Of a DNA stretch of 64,000 nucleotides, positions 48,987-58,419 are shown piece after piece. This DNA comes from Brevibacterium luteolum. Its GTDB lineage: Bacteria > Actinomycetota > Actinomycetes > Actinomycetales > Brevibacteriaceae. The stretch spans positions 124,001 through 188,000 of the forward strand of contig NZ_JABEMC010000002.1 in the NCBI RefSeq assembly GCF_013004595.1, in the 5' to 3' direction. Positions within the stretch are counted from its first letter, which is position 1, and each line of letters starts with the position of its first letter. Made by a program: the position numbers and the translations under genes. The notes under the pieces are model-generated. The model was given only the letters and a program-made list of their open reading frames with translations. It had not been told where the DNA came from and made no database searches.

Positions 48987-50192
48987 ATGACCGCTTCGCC
49001 CCCGCACATCGTCTGCGTCCCGGACTCCTTCAAGGGCTCTGCCTCGGCTGCGGAAGCTGCTGCAGCCCTGGCCCGCGGGGCCCGGCAGGTTTTCCCCACC
49101 GCCGAGGTAGTCGAGTTGCCGTTCGCCGATGGCGGTGAGGGGACGCTGGAGGCATTGCTGGCCGCGTGGGGCACCGAGCCCGAGGAAGCCCGTGTGGTCG
49201 ACGCCATCGGACGTCCGGCGATTGCTCGCTTCGGTCGTTCGGCTGACGGCCGCGCGGCTGTCATCGAAGCGGCCCAGGCCAACGGCCTGCCCCAGGTCTC
49301 CGATGTCGAGCTGCAGCCGCTGCGGGCTGATACCTACGGCGTGGGGTTGATCGCCGCAGGCGTACTTGACGAGGTCGACGAGATCCTGCTGTGCATCGGC
49401 GGCTCGGCCAGCACGGATGGCGGCACCGGTCTGCTGCGCGCCCTCGGCGCACGGTTTATCGACTCAGCCGGTCAGGAGGTGGAGGCAGGCGGCCAGGGAT
49501 TGGCCGACATCGCCGAGATCGACGTGTCCGGCCTGCACCCACGCGCCGGGCTGGTGCGGTGGCGGATCGCCGTGGATGTCGACAATCCGCTGACCGGACC
49601 CCGCGGCGCAGCAGCCGTCTTCGGGCCGCAGAAGGGAGCCACCAGCGACGACATCACGACTCTGGACGCCGGCCTGACCCAGCTTGCCCAGGTGCTGAGC
49701 ACCCACCTCGGCAGCGGCTCCGACGCCGGCGCTGCCGAACGGCTCCGCGCCCGCGCGGGATTCGGCGCCGCCGGGGGAATCCCCATCACGATGACGACCC
49801 TACTGGGTGCAGAGACAGTGCCCGGTTCGCAGCTGGTCGCCGAGGCGGTCGGCCTAGCCGAAGTGCTGGCGCCGGCGGATCTGGTGCTCACCGGTGAAGG
49901 GTCGCTGGATTCGCAGTCGCTGGCCGGCAAGGTCGTCGACGCCGTGCTGCACCACACCCCGCAGGGGGTTCCGGTCATCGCAGTGGCCGGAACCGTGAAG
50001 CTCTCCCCCGCCGAATGCCGTGAAGCCAGGCTGGCCGCTGCGTTCTCCATCGCACCCGGAGCCGCATCATTGGAGGACCTGCGGACAGAGGCGGAGTCGC
50101 TGATCGAAGACACCGCGGCCCACGTCTGCGCCCTGGCGGCCCTCGGACACACCTCAGCTGAAACCGAATCAGAGACACGATTCTCCAACTAA
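48987..50192 (+). CDS. glxK: Glycerate kinase (GlxK/GarK family)
   Basis: PDSFKGS, ADGGEGT, IGGSASTDGG, FGPQKGA, GAAGG, TGEGSLD. Confidence 0.93.
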   Translation: MTASPPHIVCVPDSFKGSASAAEAAAALARGARQVFPTAEVVELPFADGGEGTLEALLAAWGTEPEEARVVDAIGRPAIARFGRSADGRAAVIEAAQANGLPQVSDVELQPLRADTYGVGLIAAGVLDEVDEILLCIGGSASTDGGTGLLRALGARFIDSAGQEVEAGGQGLADIAEIDVSGLHPRAGLVRWRIAVDVDNPLTGPRGAAAVFGPQKGATSDDITTLDAGLTQLAQVLSTHLGSGSDAGAAERLRARAGFGAAGGIPITMTTLLGAETVPGSQLVAEAVGLAEVLAPADLVLTGEGSLDSQSLAGKVVDAVLHHTPQGVPVIAVAGTVKLSPAECREARLAAAFSIAPGAASLEDLRTEAESLIEDTAAHVCALAALGHTSAETESETRFSN

Positions 50193-50242
50193 TGGATGCT
50201 CGGTGGGCGCTCTCACGCCCCCGTTCTCAGGAAGGATGGACC

Positions 50243-50710
50243 ATGACCCGTCATCTCACCGCAGGCGACACCGCACCTGATTTCACCCTCAGCGACGCCG
50301 AGGGACGCAGTGTCTCGCTCGCCGACTACTCCGGCACAAGCGTCATCGTGTACTTCTACCCGAAGGCGGCGACGCCTGGATGCACCACCGAAGCCTGCGA
50401 CTTCCGCGACAACCTGGGTTCCCTGCAGTCCGCCGGATACCAGGTGCTGGGCATCTCCCCGGATGATCAGGACGCGATCCGCGCCTTCGCCGCAGCCGAG
50501 AGCCTGCCCTTCCCCCTGCTGTCGGATCCCGGGAACGCCACGGCCAAGGCCTTCGGTGCCTTCGGTGAGAAGACGCTCCAGGGCCGCACTGTGAAGGGCA
50601 CGCTGCGTTCGACCTTCGCCATCGATGCCGAAGGCATGCTGACCTACGCCGAGTACGACGTCGATCCCGAAGGCCACGTCAGCCGCCTCCGCAGCGCGAT
50701 CGAAGGCTGA
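50243..50710 (+). CDS. bcp: Peroxiredoxin Q (Bcp)
   Basis: YFYPKAATPGCTTEACDFRD, GISPD, LRSTF. Confidence 0.92.
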   Translation: MTRHLTAGDTAPDFTLSDAEGRSVSLADYSGTSVIVYFYPKAATPGCTTEACDFRDNLGSLQSAGYQVLGISPDDQDAIRAFAAAESLPFPLLSDPGNATAKAFGAFGEKTLQGRTVKGTLRSTFAIDAEGMLTYAEYDVDPEGHVSRLRSAIEG

Positions 50711-50797
50711 GCACACCCGAGGGCGGCACGTTTTCGAAGGCTGAGCGAACTCACCCCTGAGCTGCGACAGTGAGCGCGGTTCGGCTTGGCGCAAACG

Positions 50798-50840
50798 GTC
50801 GAAGGCCCGGAATCCTCTCTCCTGGCTCCGGGCCTTCGAC
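50798..50840. terminator. Stem-loop between convergent bcp and allB
   Basis: GTCGAAGGCCCGGA...TCCGGGCCTTCGAC. Confidence 0.7.
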
Positions 50841-51004
50841 ATGCGGTGGCACAGTCAGGGGTGGTCGCCGCACCGCAGGACACCCCGAACTCCGCGGCGG
50901 TCGTCTCCAGCGTGTGAGCGGTCGTCTCCGGCATGTGAATTGCCTCTGATCCCGCACGGGCGGTATCGGAGGCCATGTCGGGAGTTTGCGGGCCGCTCTC
51001 CGGC

Positions 51005-51118
51005 GGCAGGTTCAGCCCTGCCGGCAGACTCAGCCTTGGCGGCAGACTCAGCCTTGGCGGCAGGCTCAGCCCTGAGGGCAGGCTCAGCCCTGAGGGCAGA
51101 CAGTCAGCCCTGGCGGCG
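51005..51118. repeat. 18-bp tandem repeat (~6 imperfect copies) abutting the allB stop
   Basis: GGCAG(A/G)(C/T)TCAGCC(C/T)TG.. units. Confidence 0.85.
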
Positions 51119-52498
51119 GAGAAGCTGACCGTGTGGGTTCGTGAAGTCCACGCGCTGACCGCGCAGGATGGTCTGCTCGACCTTCCCGAGCACCTCGCGA
51201 GTCTCATAGGCAGTGATCGGGTTGCGGTGCCAGAGATCCTCAGCCCGGACTTCCCAGCGGCACTCCGGGTCGAAGACGGCGAAGTCAGCCGACGCGCCTG
51301 CAGCGATCCGGCCCTTGCCCTCGACGCCGGCGACCCGGGCTGGCGCCTCAGACATCCAGCCGACGACCTCGGCGAGGTCGATGCCCTGCTGCCGGGCTTC
51401 GGTCCAGAGCAGTGAGAGGCCGAGCTGCAGAGATGAGATGCCGCCCCAGGCTGCGCCGAAATCGCCACTGTCGAGCAGCTTGAGCTCCGCCGTCGACGGC
51501 GAGTGATCCGAGACCACGCAGTCGATGATGCCGCTGCGCAGCCCCTCCCATAACGCTGTCCGGTTCGACTCCTCGCGGATCGGCGGGCAGCACTTGAAGG
51601 TCGTCGCTCCTCCGGGGATGTCCTCGGCGGCAAGCACCAGGTAGTGCGGACAGGTCTCGACCGTCAGCCGGACGCCGTCTTCGCGTGCCGCCGCGATCTC
51701 CTTCAGCGCTGCTGCTGAGGACAGATGGAGGATGTGTGCGCGGCAGCCGGTGCGACGGGCGGCTTCGATAACGGTGCGGATGGCCTCGTCTTCGGCTTCC
51801 TGCGGCCGTGAGCTGAGGAAGCTGCTGTATTCCCGGCCCTGTGCCTGGGGAGCGGCCTCCAGCACCCCGGAGGCTTCGGCGTGCACGATCATGACCGAGT
51901 CGACCTCGGCCAGGATTGCCATGTCACGTTCGAGCTCGTCGGCCGTCAGCGGCGGGAACTCCTCGACTCCGGAATCGGCGAGGAAGCTCTTGAAGCCGTA
52001 GACGCCCTGACGATGCAGCGGCACGAGGTGCTCGCTGTTGCCCGGGATCGCCCCGCCCCAGAATCCGACGTCAACGAAGGCCGCAGGAGCTGCAACCTCA
52101 CGCTTCGCCTCCAGGGCCTCGGCGTCGACGGTGGGCGGCAGCGAATTGAGCGGCATGTCGACGATCGTCGTAACGCCACCGGCTGCGGCTGCCCGGGTGG
52201 CCGTGCCGAAGCCCTCCCACTCCGTGCGTCCCGGGTCGTTGACGTGGACGTGGCTGTCGACGAGGCCGGGCAGCAGCACCTGGCCTGCGGGAATGTCGAT
52301 GACCTCGGCAGCTGCGAGGCCGGAGCCGAGGTCGGCCACGGCGACGATGACGCCGTCCCTGACTCCGACCTCGGCTGCGGACCACCCGTCTGGCAGCAGC
52401 ACGCGCTCGGCACGGATCACCAGATCCAGCGACCCGTGCGCACCGGGCTCACCAGTCGTGCTCTGTGAATACGGAGCCTGTCCAGGCTGAGAGTTCAA
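51104..52498 (-). CDS. allB: Allantoinase
   Basis: [52 protein letters not shown] start coupled to the gcl stop. Confidence 0.95.
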   Translation of the reverse strand: MNSQPGQAPYSQSTTGEPGAHGSLDLVIRAERVLLPDGWSAAEVGVRDGVIVAVADLGSGLAAAEVIDIPAGQVLLPGLVDSHVHVNDPGRTEWEGFGTATRAAAAGGVTTIVDMPLNSLPPTVDAEALEAKREVAAPAAFVDVGFWGGAIPGNSEHLVPLHRQGVYGFKSFLADSGVEEFPPLTADELERDMAILAEVDSVMIVHAEASGVLEAAPQAQGREYSSFLSSRPQEAEDEAIRTVIEAARRTGCRAHILHLSSAAALKEIAAAREDGVRLTVETCPHYLVLAAEDIPGGATTFKCCPPIREESNRTALWEGLRSGIIDCVVSDHSPSTAELKLLDSGDFGAAWGGISSLQLGLSLLWTEARQQGIDLAEVVGWMSEAPARVAGVEGKGRIAAGASADFAVFDPECRWEVRAEDLWHRNPITAYETREVLGKVEQTILRGQRVDFTNPHGQLLRRQG

Positions 52499-54321
52499 CG
52501 GACCTCCTCGAGTTCGCGCTCCACCTCCGGCGTCTGTGCCGGAGCGGCGAGCGGAGTCAGCGCGGTGGGCGCCTCGCCAGCAGTCTGGGCGAGGGCCTCG
52601 AACTCCTCGATGCTATCAATGGCCTTGCCCATGGCGATATTGGTCACGCGCTCGAGGATGACCTCGACGACGACCGGCACCTGGTGCTCGCGCATGAGGT
52701 CAAGCCCCTGACGCAGCCCGTCAGCGATCTGCTCAGGATCCTCAACACGCAGCGCCTTGCAGCCCAGCCCCTCGGCGACAGCGACGTGATCGACGCCGTA
52801 GCCTGCCGCCTCACCGGTGCTGTTGATGTTCTCGAAGGCCAGCGATACTTCGTAGTCCATCTCGAATCCGCGCTGGGACTGGCGGATCAGTCCGAGGTAG
52901 GAGTTGTTGACGACGACATGCAGGTACGGGATCCGGTGCTGGGCGCCGACGGCCAGCTCTTCGATCATGAACTGGAAGTCGTAGTCGCCTGACAGCGCGA
53001 CGACCGTCTCGTCCGGTTTGGCGCGGGCCACACCGATGGCAGCCGGGCCGGTCCAGCCGAGCGGGCCCGCCTGCCCGGCGTTGATCCAGTGGCGCGGACG
53101 GTAGACGTGGAGCATCTGGGCGCCGGCGATCTGGCTCAGACCAATAGTCGTGACGTAGGTGACGTCCTTGCCGAAGACGGAGTTCATCTCCTGGTAGACG
53201 CGCTGCGGTTTGATCGGCTTGTCGGTGAACGACGTCTTGCGGTGCAGCGTGCCCTTGCGCTGCTCGCAGGCATCAGACCAGGCGGAGAAGTCCGGCAGGC
53301 CGGAGTCCTCGCGGCGCCGTCGGGCGACGCGCAGAAGTGTTTGCAGTGCAGCACCGGCGTCGGAAACGACGCTGTAGTCGGGGGCGAAGACGCGCCCGAT
53401 CTGGGTCGGTTCGATATCGATGTGGATGAACCTGCGCCCGCGGCGGTAGACCTCGAGGTCGCCGGTGTGGCGGTTGGCCCAGCGGTTGCCGATGCCGATG
53501 ACGAGGTCGGACTCCAGGAAGGAGGCGTTGCCGTAGCGGGTGTGGGTCTGGATGCCGACCATGCCTGACATCAGGCGGTGGTCATCCGGGATAGCTCCCC
53601 AGCCCATGAGGGTCGGTGAGACCGGGATGTCGAGCAGCTCGGCGAATTCGACGAGCGCGTCCTCGGCAGCGGCATTGAGGATTCCGCCGCCGGCAACGAT
53701 GATCGGGTGCTCGGCGGCGGCGATCATGTCGAGGATCTTCTCCGCCTGGGCATCCGTGGCCTCCGGCTTGCCGACCGGCAGCGGCTCGTAGGTGTCGATG
53801 TCGAAGTCGATCTCGGTCAGCTGCACATCCAGCGGCAGGTCGATGAGCACCGGACCCGGGCGGGAGGAGCGCATGAGCTGGAACGCCTTCTGGAAGGTGC
53901 CCGGCACCTGGCCGGCCTCCAGCACTGTCTTGGCCATCTTCGTCAGGGGCGCGGCCACGGCGGCGATGTCGACGGCCTGGAAGTCCTCCTTGTCGAGCAC
54001 GGCCACCGGCGCCTGGCCGGTGATGCACAGGATCGGCTGGGAGTCAGCCTGTGCGGCATACAGGCCGGTGATCATGTCGGTGCCGGCCGGGCCGGAGGTG
54101 CCGATGCACACTCCGATGTTGCCGGGCGCCGAACGGGTGTACCCGTCGGCCATGTGCGAGGCCCCTTCGACGTGGCGGGCGAGGGTGTGACGGATGCCGC
54201 CATGCGCCTTCATCGCCGAGTACAGGGGGTTGATGGCCGCGCCGGGCAGTCCGAAAGTCTCTGCGGCGCCTTCCTTCTCGAGGATGAGGGCCACCGCGTC
54301 GACTGCACGCATGCGGGTCAT
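52495..54321 (-). CDS. gcl: Glyoxylate carboligase
   Basis: [51 protein letters not shown]. Confidence 0.96.
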   Translation of the reverse strand: MTRMRAVDAVALILEKEGAAETFGLPGAAINPLYSAMKAHGGIRHTLARHVEGASHMADGYTRSAPGNIGVCIGTSGPAGTDMITGLYAAQADSQPILCITGQAPVAVLDKEDFQAVDIAAVAAPLTKMAKTVLEAGQVPGTFQKAFQLMRSSRPGPVLIDLPLDVQLTEIDFDIDTYEPLPVGKPEATDAQAEKILDMIAAAEHPIIVAGGGILNAAAEDALVEFAELLDIPVSPTLMGWGAIPDDHRLMSGMVGIQTHTRYGNASFLESDLVIGIGNRWANRHTGDLEVYRRGRRFIHIDIEPTQIGRVFAPDYSVVSDAGAALQTLLRVARRRREDSGLPDFSAWSDACEQRKGTLHRKTSFTDKPIKPQRVYQEMNSVFGKDVTYVTTIGLSQIAGAQMLHVYRPRHWINAGQAGPLGWTGPAAIGVARAKPDETVVALSGDYDFQFMIEELAVGAQHRIPYLHVVVNNSYLGLIRQSQRGFEMDYEVSLAFENINSTGEAAGYGVDHVAVAEGLGCKALRVEDPEQIADGLRQGLDLMREHQVPVVVEVILERVTNIAMGKAIDSIEEFEALAQTAGEAPTALTPLAAPAQTPEVERELEEVR

Positions 54322-54359
54322 GATGGTTTCTCCTTTGATCTGAGGGATGAGGTGGACGC

Positions 54360-55253
54360 TCAGTCCTGCGCCCTGTTGCGCCCGGAGAGCTGCTCGACCA
54401 CGGTGAGCAGACCGGAGTGGTCGAGGCCGCCGTTGCCCTGCTGGACGGTCGAGGCGATGAACTGGGCCACCGCGCTGGCCAGGGGCGTGACGACGCCGGC
54501 CTCGCGCGCGGCGGCGGTGACGATGCCCATGTCCTTGTGATGGAGTTCGAGGCGGAAGCCGGGTTCGAAGGAGCGTTCGAGCATCTTCTGGCCCTTCTGG
54601 TCGAGCACCTTCGAGCCGGCCAGGCCGCCGCCGAGGACCGTGAGGGCGGATTCCATGTCGACGCCGTAGGCCTCGAGGAAGATGACGGCCTCGGCCAGCA
54701 TCTGGATGTTGCCGGCGACGATGAGCTGGTTGGCGGCCTTGACGGTCTGCCCCGAGCCGGCTGGCCCGACGTGGATGATGGTCTTGCCGACTGCATCGAA
54801 GACATCGCTCACGGAGTCGAAGTCGGCCTTCTCGCCGCCGACCATGATCGACAGGGTGGCGTCGATCGCACCCTGCTCACCACCGGAGACCGGTGCGTCG
54901 AGCGGACGCAGCCCGGCGTCGCGGGCCTGCTCGGCGAGCTCCCGGGCGACGTCGGGGCGGATGGTCGAGTTGTCGATCCAGACGGCGCCCTTCTCAGCGT
55001 TGGCGAGCACGCCGTCGTCTCCGGTCAGCACTGCCTCGACGTCAGGTGAGTCGGGCACCATGGTGATGATGACATCGGCACCCGTGACCGCCTCGGCGAC
55101 GGATGCGGCAGCGGTGCCGCCGGCCTCGGCGAGCTTCTGGGCCTTGGCGGGTGTGCGATTGTAGCCGGTGACGGAGAATCCGGCGGCCTGGAGGTTCTTG
55201 GCCATGGGCAGTCCCATGATTCCGAGTCCGATGAAGGCGATCTTCTTGCTCAT
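54360..55253 (-). CDS. glxR: Tartronate semialdehyde reductase (2-hydroxy-3-oxopropionate reductase)
   Basis: [38 protein letters not shown]. Confidence 0.93.
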   Translation of the reverse strand: MSKKIAFIGLGIMGLPMAKNLQAAGFSVTGYNRTPAKAQKLAEAGGTAAASVAEAVTGADVIITMVPDSPDVEAVLTGDDGVLANAEKGAVWIDNSTIRPDVARELAEQARDAGLRPLDAPVSGGEQGAIDATLSIMVGGEKADFDSVSDVFDAVGKTIIHVGPAGSGQTVKAANQLIVAGNIQMLAEAVIFLEAYGVDMESALTVLGGGLAGSKVLDQKGQKMLERSFEPGFRLELHHKDMGIVTAAAREAGVVTPLASAVAQFIASTVQQGNGGLDHSGLLTVVEQLSGRNRAQD

Positions 55254-55353
55254 GTTCGCGTTCCTTTCTATGTGTCCCGGTCCAGGCGGCTGTGCCTGCA
55301 GGTCTGCGGGACGGGGTTGTTCGGGTGGCCGTGGCGGGGCCTGTCCGGCCGGG

Positions 55354-56169
55354 TCAGCTGGACAGCCAGTCGAAGGCGGTGTCCTTGTCCTGCTTGTACT
55401 CGAGGGCGATCCGGCCGGTGTAGCCGAGCTCGTAGGTGCGGTTGATCCACTGTTTAAGGGGCAGCTCGCCGGTGCCGGGAGCTCCGCGGCCGGGAGCGTC
55501 GGCGATCTGGACGTGGGCGAATTCGGCGGCGTGCGCCTCGATGACGGCGGCGACGTCGTCGCCGTTGACATGCAGGTGGAAGAAGTCGGCGAGCAGGCCG
55601 ATGTTGTCGACGCCCTGCTCCTTGACCCGGCGGACGACGTCGAGGGCGTCGGCTGCGGTCGTGAGCGGGTAGCCGTCGGCACCGGAGACCGGCTCGACGA
55701 GAACGGTGCCGCCGACAGCGGCGGCCCTCTCAGCAGCCAGGTGCAGATTCTCCACCGCGACCCGGTCCTGGGTCTTTGCGCTCTCGGAGTTCTGGCGCAG
55801 GCCGTACAGAGCGTTGAACGCCGCGCATCCGGTGCGCTCGCCGATGGAGACGGCGAGTTCGACGTTGGCGGCGAAGTCGCTGCGGGCGCTTTCGATCGAG
55901 ACCATGCCGCGGTCGCCGCCGGCCATGTCGCCGGCCCAGAAGTTAAGGCCGCGCAAGGCCACGCCGGCCTCATCGAGTGCGGCGACGAACTGGTCGACGT
56001 CACCTGATGACGGTGCAGGCTGGCCGTCGAAGGGCCACCAGAACTCCACCTGGGTGAAGCCGGCTGCACGTGCGGCGGCGGGGCGCTCCATGACGGGCAG
56101 CTCGGTCAGCAGGGTCGAGCAGTTGAGCACGTAGCTGTCGGGCGAGGTAAAGGTGAACGGCGTCGGCAT
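55354..56169 (-). CDS. hyi: Hydroxypyruvate isomerase
   Basis: VEFWWPF, FNALYG, HVQIADAPGRGAPGTGEL, ALEY; next to glxR and gcl. Confidence 0.9.
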   Translation of the reverse strand: MPTPFTFTSPDSYVLNCSTLLTELPVMERPAAARAAGFTQVEFWWPFDGQPAPSSGDVDQFVAALDEAGVALRGLNFWAGDMAGGDRGMVSIESARSDFAANVELAVSIGERTGCAAFNALYGLRQNSESAKTQDRVAVENLHLAAERAAAVGGTVLVEPVSGADGYPLTTAADALDVVRRVKEQGVDNIGLLADFFHLHVNGDDVAAVIEAHAAEFAHVQIADAPGRGAPGTGELPLKQWINRTYELGYTGRIALEYKQDKDTAFDWLSS

Positions 56170-56202
56170 CGGATTCCTCCTGCACAGGTTCGATCAATAT
56201 AG

Positions 56203-56441
56203 TTTCATCATGCGGAAGTATTAATCCGCATCCTGGAAACTAGGGTAGCCGCGCATCCAGGCCGCGTCAACACGCACCCCCCTTCCGGGGCGTCGGCGCA
56301 GGCAGCGCCACATCGCTCGCGCGAGGAAGCGGAAGAGGCGACGGGAAAAGCTCACTAGGCACTTGACACCGCAACTGTGACTGGGGTTACATTGCTCTCA
56401 TTGCCGTTCCTGAAATGGAACGATTTATCCGCAATACGGTA
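56203..56441. promoter_or_regulatory. hyi/permease divergent promoters with paired AllR-type boxes and a CRP-like site
   Basis: Box pairs at 56203+56224 and 56406+56427 (21 bp apart); hyi promoter TTGACG-17-TACCCT (minus, 56270-56242); TGTGA-N6-TTACA at 56376-56391. Confidence 0.7.
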
Positions 56442-56474
56442 TTCGTTCTGCTGTCGGACTGAAGGGCTCTCACG

Positions 56475-58145
56475 ATGAGTCACAAGACCACCCCCAAGAA
56501 TCAACGAGCGGTCACGACCGTCCCCCGCGGCTCCGACCGCCCCGAGGACGAATGGCTGCCGATACCGCAGCTAGCCACCTACGGTCTGCAGCATGTCCTG
56601 ACCATGTACGGCGGCATCATCGCCGTCCCGCTCATCATCGGCAATGCCGCCGGCGCCACCCCTGAGCAGATCGTCATGCTCGTGACCGCCAGCCTGTTCG
56701 TCGGCGGTTTCGCGACCATCCTGCAGAGCATCGGCCTGCCGTTCTTCGGCTCGAAGCTGCCGCTGGTCCAAGGCGTCTCCTTCGCCGGCGTCGCCACGAT
56801 GCTCGCCATCCTGTCCGGGCCGGGCAACGACCTCACCACCGTCTTCGGCGCAGTCATCGTCGCCTCGCTCATCGGCTTGGTGATCGCGCCGTTCTTCGCC
56901 CGCATCATCCGGTTCTTCCCGCCGGTGGTCACCGGTGTCGTCATCACCGCGATCGGGCTGACCCTCATCCCGGTGGCGGCGAACTGGGCGATGGGCGGCA
57001 ACGCAGAAGCCGATGACTACGGTTCACTCACCAACATCCTGCTCGCCTTCATCACCTTCGCCGTGATCCTCATCTTCAGCAAGGTCGGCTCGGCCACACT
57101 GTCGCGGCTGTCGATCCTGCTCGGCCTCGTGGTGGGCACCATCGTCGGCGCGGTGATGGGCGTGGCGGACTTCTCGAAGGTCGGCTCGGGCGCACCGGTC
57201 GCCTTCCCCGACTTCCTCGGCTTCGGCGCCCCGAGCTTCGACGTCGCGGCGATCATCTCGATGTTCATCGTCGTCCTCGTCATCAAGACCGAGACGGCCG
57301 CCGACATCATCGCCGTCGGCGAGATCGTCGGCTCGCCGGTCGACCGCAAGCGCATCGCCAGCGGTCTGCGCGCCGACATGATCTCCTCGGCCGTGGCCCC
57401 GCTGTTCGGCGGATTCACCCAGTCGGCTTTCGCCCAGAACGTCGGACTGGTGGCGCTGACCGGCATCCGCAGCCGTTTCGTCGTCGCCGCCAGCGGCGTC
57501 ATCATGGTGCTGCTCGGACTGCTGCCGATCCTCGGTGAGGTCATCGCCGCCGTCCCGATGCCCGTGCTGGGCGGTGCCGGCATGATCCTCTTCGGCACCG
57601 TCGGCGGTTCGGGCATCAGGAACCTCAAGAACGTCTCCTACCAGGGCAACATGAACCTCGTCATCGTCTCGGCCTCGCTGGCCTTCGCGATGATCCCGGT
57701 GGTCAAGGAGGACTTCTACCACTCGTTCCCCGAATGGTTCCAGACGATCTTCCACTCCGGCATCTCCTCGGCAGCGGTCATGGCCGTGCTGCTCAACATC
57801 CTGTTCAACGAACTGAAGTTCGGAAACACGAAGAACCCATCGGTGTTCGCCGCCAAGCCGGTGCGCATCCTCACCCCGACCGACCTGCGCGAGCTTCGAG
57901 AGGGCGATGTGTTCATCGACGGCCGGTTCCTCGACCCCGACGGCGAGGAGATCCCGGTCGTGCCCGACGAGAAAGTCGAGGAGATCCGCGAGGCCATCGA
58001 ATGCGGAGAGATCACCGACACCGCCGAGGTGAAGGCGATCGCCGAAGGCGAGAAACCGCTGCCACGGCAGAACGGCACGTCAGCCGGAACTGCGCCCCGG
58101 AAGGACGCTGCCACGCGCGAGAACGGAGCCTCGCACACCAGCTGA
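56475..58145 (+). CDS. NCS2 (NAT) urate/xanthine permease with a long C-terminal tail
   Basis: GLQHVLTMYG, FPPVVTG, NAT signature AQNVGLVALTG, PVLGGAG. Confidence 0.92.
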   Translation: MSHKTTPKNQRAVTTVPRGSDRPEDEWLPIPQLATYGLQHVLTMYGGIIAVPLIIGNAAGATPEQIVMLVTASLFVGGFATILQSIGLPFFGSKLPLVQGVSFAGVATMLAILSGPGNDLTTVFGAVIVASLIGLVIAPFFARIIRFFPPVVTGVVITAIGLTLIPVAANWAMGGNAEADDYGSLTNILLAFITFAVILIFSKVGSATLSRLSILLGLVVGTIVGAVMGVADFSKVGSGAPVAFPDFLGFGAPSFDVAAIISMFIVVLVIKTETAADIIAVGEIVGSPVDRKRIASGLRADMISSAVAPLFGGFTQSAFAQNVGLVALTGIRSRFVVAASGVIMVLLGLLPILGEVIAAVPMPVLGGAGMILFGTVGGSGIRNLKNVSYQGNMNLVIVSASLAFAMIPVVKEDFYHSFPEWFQTIFHSGISSAAVMAVLLNILFNELKFGNTKNPSVFAAKPVRILTPTDLRELREGDVFIDGRFLDPDGEEIPVVPDEKVEEIREAIECGEITDTAEVKAIAEGEKPLPRQNGTSAGTAPRKDAATRENGASHTS

Positions 58146-58297
58146 GCTGCCCGCCTGACACCCAGCCGGCCCGGCGACCCACGGTCGCCCGGCCGGCTGT
58201 CGTCATTCCGCAAGCCGGGTGAGACGACACGCGAGCCGCACCTGCCAGTGAACCACCGCCTCGGGAACGGGATGCGGACTCATGCGCCCGGGAGCAT

Positions 58298-58339
58298 CTG
58301 GACTCATCAACACCGGTTGATCTGGCGCTTGCCACCAGC
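58298..58339 (+). promoter_or_regulatory. TauR-like (MocR) operator upstream of the amidohydrolase
   Basis: CTGGACTCATC-N13-CTGGCGCTTGCCACCAGC. Confidence 0.72.
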
Positions 58340-58419
58340 CCGTGCAGATGGTGAACTGGCGGCTGGTGCCCGAACCGCGCCGTGATGTCAGCGTCCTCAT
58401 CAGCGTCGATAGGAGAACG

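Noticed and set aside
58146..58419. SAM-IV or other riboswitch upstream of the amidohydrolase (also checked upstream of 26912)
   Set aside because: No convincing conserved core could be matched; the MocR-type operator explains the conserved sequence. An Rfam scan would settle it.
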